DNA of 50,978 nucleotides from a virus (Duplodnaviria; Caudoviricetes): IMG/VR virus record IMGVR_UViG_3300010401_000014, positions 1 to 50,978 of that record; one strand, 5' to 3'. Shown piece by piece: positions 47,578 to 50,978 of this stretch (position 1 is its first letter; each line of letters starts with the position of its first letter). The notes under the pieces were generated by a model. It saw only the letters and a program-made list of their open reading frames with translations, ran no database searches and was not told where the DNA came from. The position numbers and the translations under genes were made by a program.

Positions 47578-49206
47578 ATGACAGATGCTCAAATTGCATT
47601 TCATCTTCCATCTAACGAACTAAAAGATTTCTTACAAGAAGAACAAATGGAACAATCTTTAGATAATAAATTCCAAGCTAAACCTTCAATGGTAATGCCT
47701 GCTATGAATTCTGAGGAATTCTCAGCTAGGCTAAGTGCAATTAAGAAATTTGTATCTGAACAATTAGAAGAAGGAATCGAAAATGACTATGGTATTCTTC
47801 CTTCTACTAAAAAGAAAACTCTATTACAACCAGGCGCACAGAAATTTGAAAGGTTCTTTGGATTAACAACTGAATCTATTCTAGTTGAATCTACTGTTGA
47901 CCCATTTGGATCTATTTTAGGAACCGCACAACCATTCTATTACTATCGCTATGAAACTAAAGTATTCAAGGATGGAATTTTAATTCACGTTGGACATGGA
48001 AGTGCTAATAGCCAAGAATCTAAATGGGGTTATAAATGGGTAGATATTGAGTTATTTGGTAATCAATCTACGGAAGGATTAGTAACTAGAACATCTAGAA
48101 AATCAGCATTTGTTTTTCAAATTGAAAAAGCTGAAACCACTGGACAATATGCAAAGCCTCAAGAATATTGGGATGAATTTAATGAAGCCATTAAAAATGG
48201 CACTGCAAAGAAAATTGAAATGGAAACAAAGCGTGGAATGCAACCAGCATGGGAAATTGGTTCCACGCAAGTTAGAGTAGCAAATGACGATGTATCGTCT
48301 CAAACAAATACCATTCAGAAAATTGCTAAAAAGCGTAGCTATGTAGATGGTATTATCTACGCATGTGCCATTAGTGATTTGTTTACACAAGACATGGAAG
48401 ATTTTGATACAGGTCCACAATGGAACCCTGTAACTGGTGCAATTTCTACCAAAACTGAAACAAATGAAAAAGGTACTGACAAACCAGTAGAAACCAAGCC
48501 GCCAACTCCGGCCGCTGTAGCGTCGTCTAAGCCGCTAGACCTCCCGCCCATCGCCCAGCCTAGGGAGCTTCCAGGATCGCCACAGCCGCTTAAACAACAG
48601 GCGCCGCAAGCACCTTCTAAGGTCCAGCACGACCAGAGCTGCAACTGCCAGCAATGCCACCCCGAGCCAACCAAGAAACAGGGAAATAAACCTACTGCAA
48701 CACAGTCAGTAAAATCTGCTCCTATTCCTGTGCTATTTGATGATAGTAAAAAGGAACCCGAAAAGCAAGTAATTAAAAAACAGTCTACACTAGAAGAAAA
48801 AACTCAAACTTATACATGGTACGTACCTAGTCAAATCTTACCACCTGATGGAATGAAATTAACAGATACTATTGGACATGACCAATTAGTATTCTTGCAA
48901 GATGAATGCAAAAAGCGTAATGTTGGAAAGGAATGGGTTAAGCGCTTCGTTAATGAGTATTTTGATGGTAGGGCAGTTAAGGCAATGAATTTTGTACAAC
49001 TAAAGATTACTTACGAAGAATTCCTAGTGAAGGGTTTACAAACTGAAAAGCAAATTAAGTCAATTCAAAATCTAGCAAATGCAGCTAAGCTTACATGGGA
49101 AAGTGTAGAAAATTGGGTACAAGATAAGTTTAACAAGCCTGTTAAATATTTGTATCCATCAGAAGTAATTCAAGTAACAGAATATATCCATGAGAGTACA
49201 GAATAA
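47578..49206 (+). CDS. Putative single-strand annealing recombinase with Pro-rich linker
   Basis: DYGILPST.K.TLLQPGAQK, GHGSANS.E, NTIQKIAKKRSYVD, SDLFTQDMED; next to an exonuclease. Confidence 0.6.
   Translation: MTDAQIAFHLPSNELKDFLQEEQMEQSLDNKFQAKPSMVMPAMNSEEFSARLSAIKKFVSEQLEEGIENDYGILPSTKKKTLLQPGAQKFERFFGLTTESILVESTVDPFGSILGTAQPFYYYRYETKVFKDGILIHVGHGSANSQESKWGYKWVDIELFGNQSTEGLVTRTSRKSAFVFQIEKAETTGQYAKPQEYWDEFNEAIKNGTAKKIEMETKRGMQPAWEIGSTQVRVANDDVSSQTNTIQKIAKKRSYVDGIIYACAISDLFTQDMEDFDTGPQWNPVTGAISTKTETNEKGTDKPVETKPPTPAAVASSKPLDLPPIAQPRELPGSPQPLKQQAPQAPSKVQHDQSCNCQQCHPEPTKKQGNKPTATQSVKSAPIPVLFDDSKKEPEKQVIKKQSTLEEKTQTYTWYVPSQILPPDGMKLTDTIGHDQLVFLQDECKKRNVGKEWVKRFVNEYFDGRAVKAMNFVQLKITYEEFLVKGLQTEKQIKSIQNLANAAKLTWESVENWVQDKFNKPVKYLYPSEVIQVTEYIHESTE
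48495..48672. other. GC-rich island C with core motif at 48588-48611 (+)
   Basis: Hand count about 64% GC over 48501-48670; GCTTAAACAACAGGCGCCGCAAGC. Confidence 0.8.
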
Positions 49207-49568
49207 TGGAAAGAGAACTAGAAATTGAAACAGAGCCTGGATATTTAGAATTTCTTAGTAATATACAAAAAGCATGTTATGAGCAAGCAGTTAAATCTGG
49301 ATGGACTGAAAAAGAAGTACCAATTCCTGAAATGATTGCACTAATTCATTCAGAAGCAAGTGAAGCATTAGAACATTTTAGACTTGGAAATCCAATTTCA
49401 TTTACAGATAATGATAAGCCAGAAGGCTTAGCATCTGAGTTTGCAGATATCATTATTCGTATTTGTCATTATTCTTCTTTACTTGGAATTGATCTTACGT
49501 ATGAAGTAAATAGAAAAATGGCATATAATGCGACTAGACCACATAGGCATGGTGGAAAGGTAATTTAA
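49206..49568 (+). CDS. MazG-like nucleotide pyrophosphohydrolase
   Basis: IALIHSEASEALE..SEFADIIIRI..KMAYNATRPHRHGGK. Confidence 0.85.
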   Translation: MERELEIETEPGYLEFLSNIQKACYEQAVKSGWTEKEVPIPEMIALIHSEASEALEHFRLGNPISFTDNDKPEGLASEFADIIIRICHYSSLLGIDLTYEVNRKMAYNATRPHRHGGKVI

Positions 49569-49573
49569 CTAAT

Positions 49574-50326
49574 TTGCCAATAGCAATTTCATTCGACAAA
49601 AAACTACATAAATATACTTGCAGCAATGGTGTAGTATTACCTAATGTAACTGATATAATTAAAGCTGTTAAAAAACCATATATTCATCTTCCACCTAGAA
49701 ATCCTGAATTTCTTAAATGGGAAGGAGAAAGAGGAACTGCAATTCATAAAGCAATTCAATTTGATTTACAAGGATCATTAGATCAATCAACAATTACAGG
49801 AATCATTGAACCATATTTCAGATCATGGCTTCATGTTAAAAAACATCTTAACATTCGAGTTGTGTGTATTGAAAAGATTGTTTATAGTTTACGAATGGGT
49901 TTTTGTGGAACAATGGATCTTCGTGCCTTAGTAGATATTCCTGGATATAAAAAGGATGTTTTTGCTACAATTGATTTTAAGTCGTCCAAGAATTGGTGGG
50001 ATCATTTTAAGTATCAACCTCCGATTTACATGCTAGGATGGTATGAAAATCAATACTACGCTCCAAAAGAAAAGAAACTTGAATCGGTGGGAAGTTGGTT
50101 AATTAGTAATACTTCTTTATGCTTACCGAATGATTATCTTAGTGAGTTATTCATTGTAATACTTTTAAAAGAAGATGGATCATTTCCAACATTGAAGATT
50201 TTTCCAAAAGAAGGAGATGCACAGCCATACGGATTAGTTAAAGAGTCTTTAGAATTGCTTGCAAAATATCACGAAATGAATGGTGGATGGAATCCAGAAA
50301 AACTATTTGGAGCTGAATATGCATGA
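49574..50326 (+). CDS. PD-(D/E)XK exonuclease (RecB/Cas4-like phage family)
   Basis: HKY..LPNVTDII, RGTAIH, E, GTMD, IDFKS, Q...Y. Confidence 0.8.
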   Translation: MPIAISFDKKLHKYTCSNGVVLPNVTDIIKAVKKPYIHLPPRNPEFLKWEGERGTAIHKAIQFDLQGSLDQSTITGIIEPYFRSWLHVKKHLNIRVVCIEKIVYSLRMGFCGTMDLRALVDIPGYKKDVFATIDFKSSKNWWDHFKYQPPIYMLGWYENQYYAPKEKKLESVGSWLISNTSLCLPNDYLSELFIVILLKEDGSFPTLKIFPKEGDAQPYGLVKESLELLAKYHEMNGGWNPEKLFGAEYA

Positions 50327-50810
50327 TGAAATTAAACTAGATAAAGAGATAGAAGATAAGGTAGTTTCCAAACTAGAAAAGATTGATAAGTTTAGAGAAA
50401 GTCTTTATGTAGATGAATCAAATATTGATAAGGCTATTTTAGCAGTTAAGGAATCTGAAAATATAGGACAAGTTCTTTCTAGTGCTACAGGCAAAGCTCA
50501 GTTTTATGAAAAATACGCAGAAGCTTCGAATCTTATTAAACCATTTGTAGAGAAAGCAGAAGAACTAAAAAAGATAATTAGATATAAGATTTGGCTATGG
50601 GTTAGAAATGGAGGAAAGCATAAATTACTCTCAACTAGGAATGATGGTTATGAAGCAGAAGTAACTGACGAATCTATGGTTCCCGATGAATGGAAATGCG
50701 CCGATATTAGTAGAATCCAAAAAGAAGCAAAAAAACTAGATGGACATTTAATCGTTCCAGGAGTAATAATTAAACCAAAACAAACGCTTGTAATTAAAAA
50801 TAAGGAATAG
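50319..50810 (+). CDS. Gp157/Gam-like coiled-coil protein
   Basis: EVTDESMVPDEW..DISRI....VPGV; probable start MHDEIK. Confidence 0.5.
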   Translation: MHDEIKLDKEIEDKVVSKLEKIDKFRESLYVDESNIDKAILAVKESENIGQVLSSATGKAQFYEKYAEASNLIKPFVEKAEELKKIIRYKIWLWVRNGGKHKLLSTRNDGYEAEVTDESMVPDEWKCADISRIQKEAKKLDGHLIVPGVIIKPKQTLVIKNKE

Positions 50811-50855
50811 TATAAATTGTCAAATAAAGGTACAAGATATAAAGAAGCTGAAAAT

Positions 50856-50978
50856 ATTGGACCTGGAAAAGATGTAGAAGATGTTGAATTTGAGATAGCT
50901 GGAAAGGGAAAATTTAAAGCAAAAAAAGTTTATAGAAAGCAAATGCTTCTACGTATTCCACCTAGGTTAGATGAAATG
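50856..50978. repeat. Terminal direct repeat (copy 2)
   Basis: Identical to 1-123. Confidence 0.95.

Noticed and set aside
49574-50326. CRISPR-associated Cas4
   Set aside because: Lacks the four-Cys cluster pattern and any cas context; fits a phage exonuclease paired with an annealase.
50856-50978. 123-bp terminal repeat as a biological DTR
   Set aside because: It falls mid-gene and its length is typical of an assembler overlap; it shows circularity, not packaging ends.
1-50978. Alternative genetic code
   Set aside because: Core genes are intact and densely packed in the standard code, with TAA, TAG and TGA all used as stops.

Overview
The window is an apparently complete, AT-rich, tailed dsDNA phage genome. 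Bases 1-123 repeat exactly at 50856-50978, giving a circle of about 50,855 bp. The minus-strand late module (28337 down to 2053) encodes a lysozyme, terminase, Mu-type DUF935 portal, ClpP-type protease/scaffold, capsid, neck, tail tube, 1351-aa tape measure protein, tail tip, an M15 peptidase, four signal-peptide Cys-rich proteins and holin candidates; no sheath gene is seen, so it looks siphovirus-like. Early/middle genes include an SF2 helicase, a putative annealase plus exonuclease, ThyX, MazG-like proteins, a deaminase, a macrodomain, ParB and a tRNA-Ile(UAU). I recognise no integrase, transposase, polymerase or primase. The most unusual part is 37.0-39.6 kb: a sigma54-type promoter (palindromic enhancer array, IHF-like site, -24/-12) and a sigma70 promoter lead into a ~1.1 kb transcript with two rRNA-type boxA sites and six consecutive cassettes, each closed by a 10-30 bp stem, one enclosing two mini-ORFs. 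This looks like an rrn-style operon that releases small RNAs. Also notable are three ~170-bp GC-rich islands that share a central 24-bp motif, and fibre-like proteins with Sec signal peptides. All family calls come from motif recognition by eye, without database searches.
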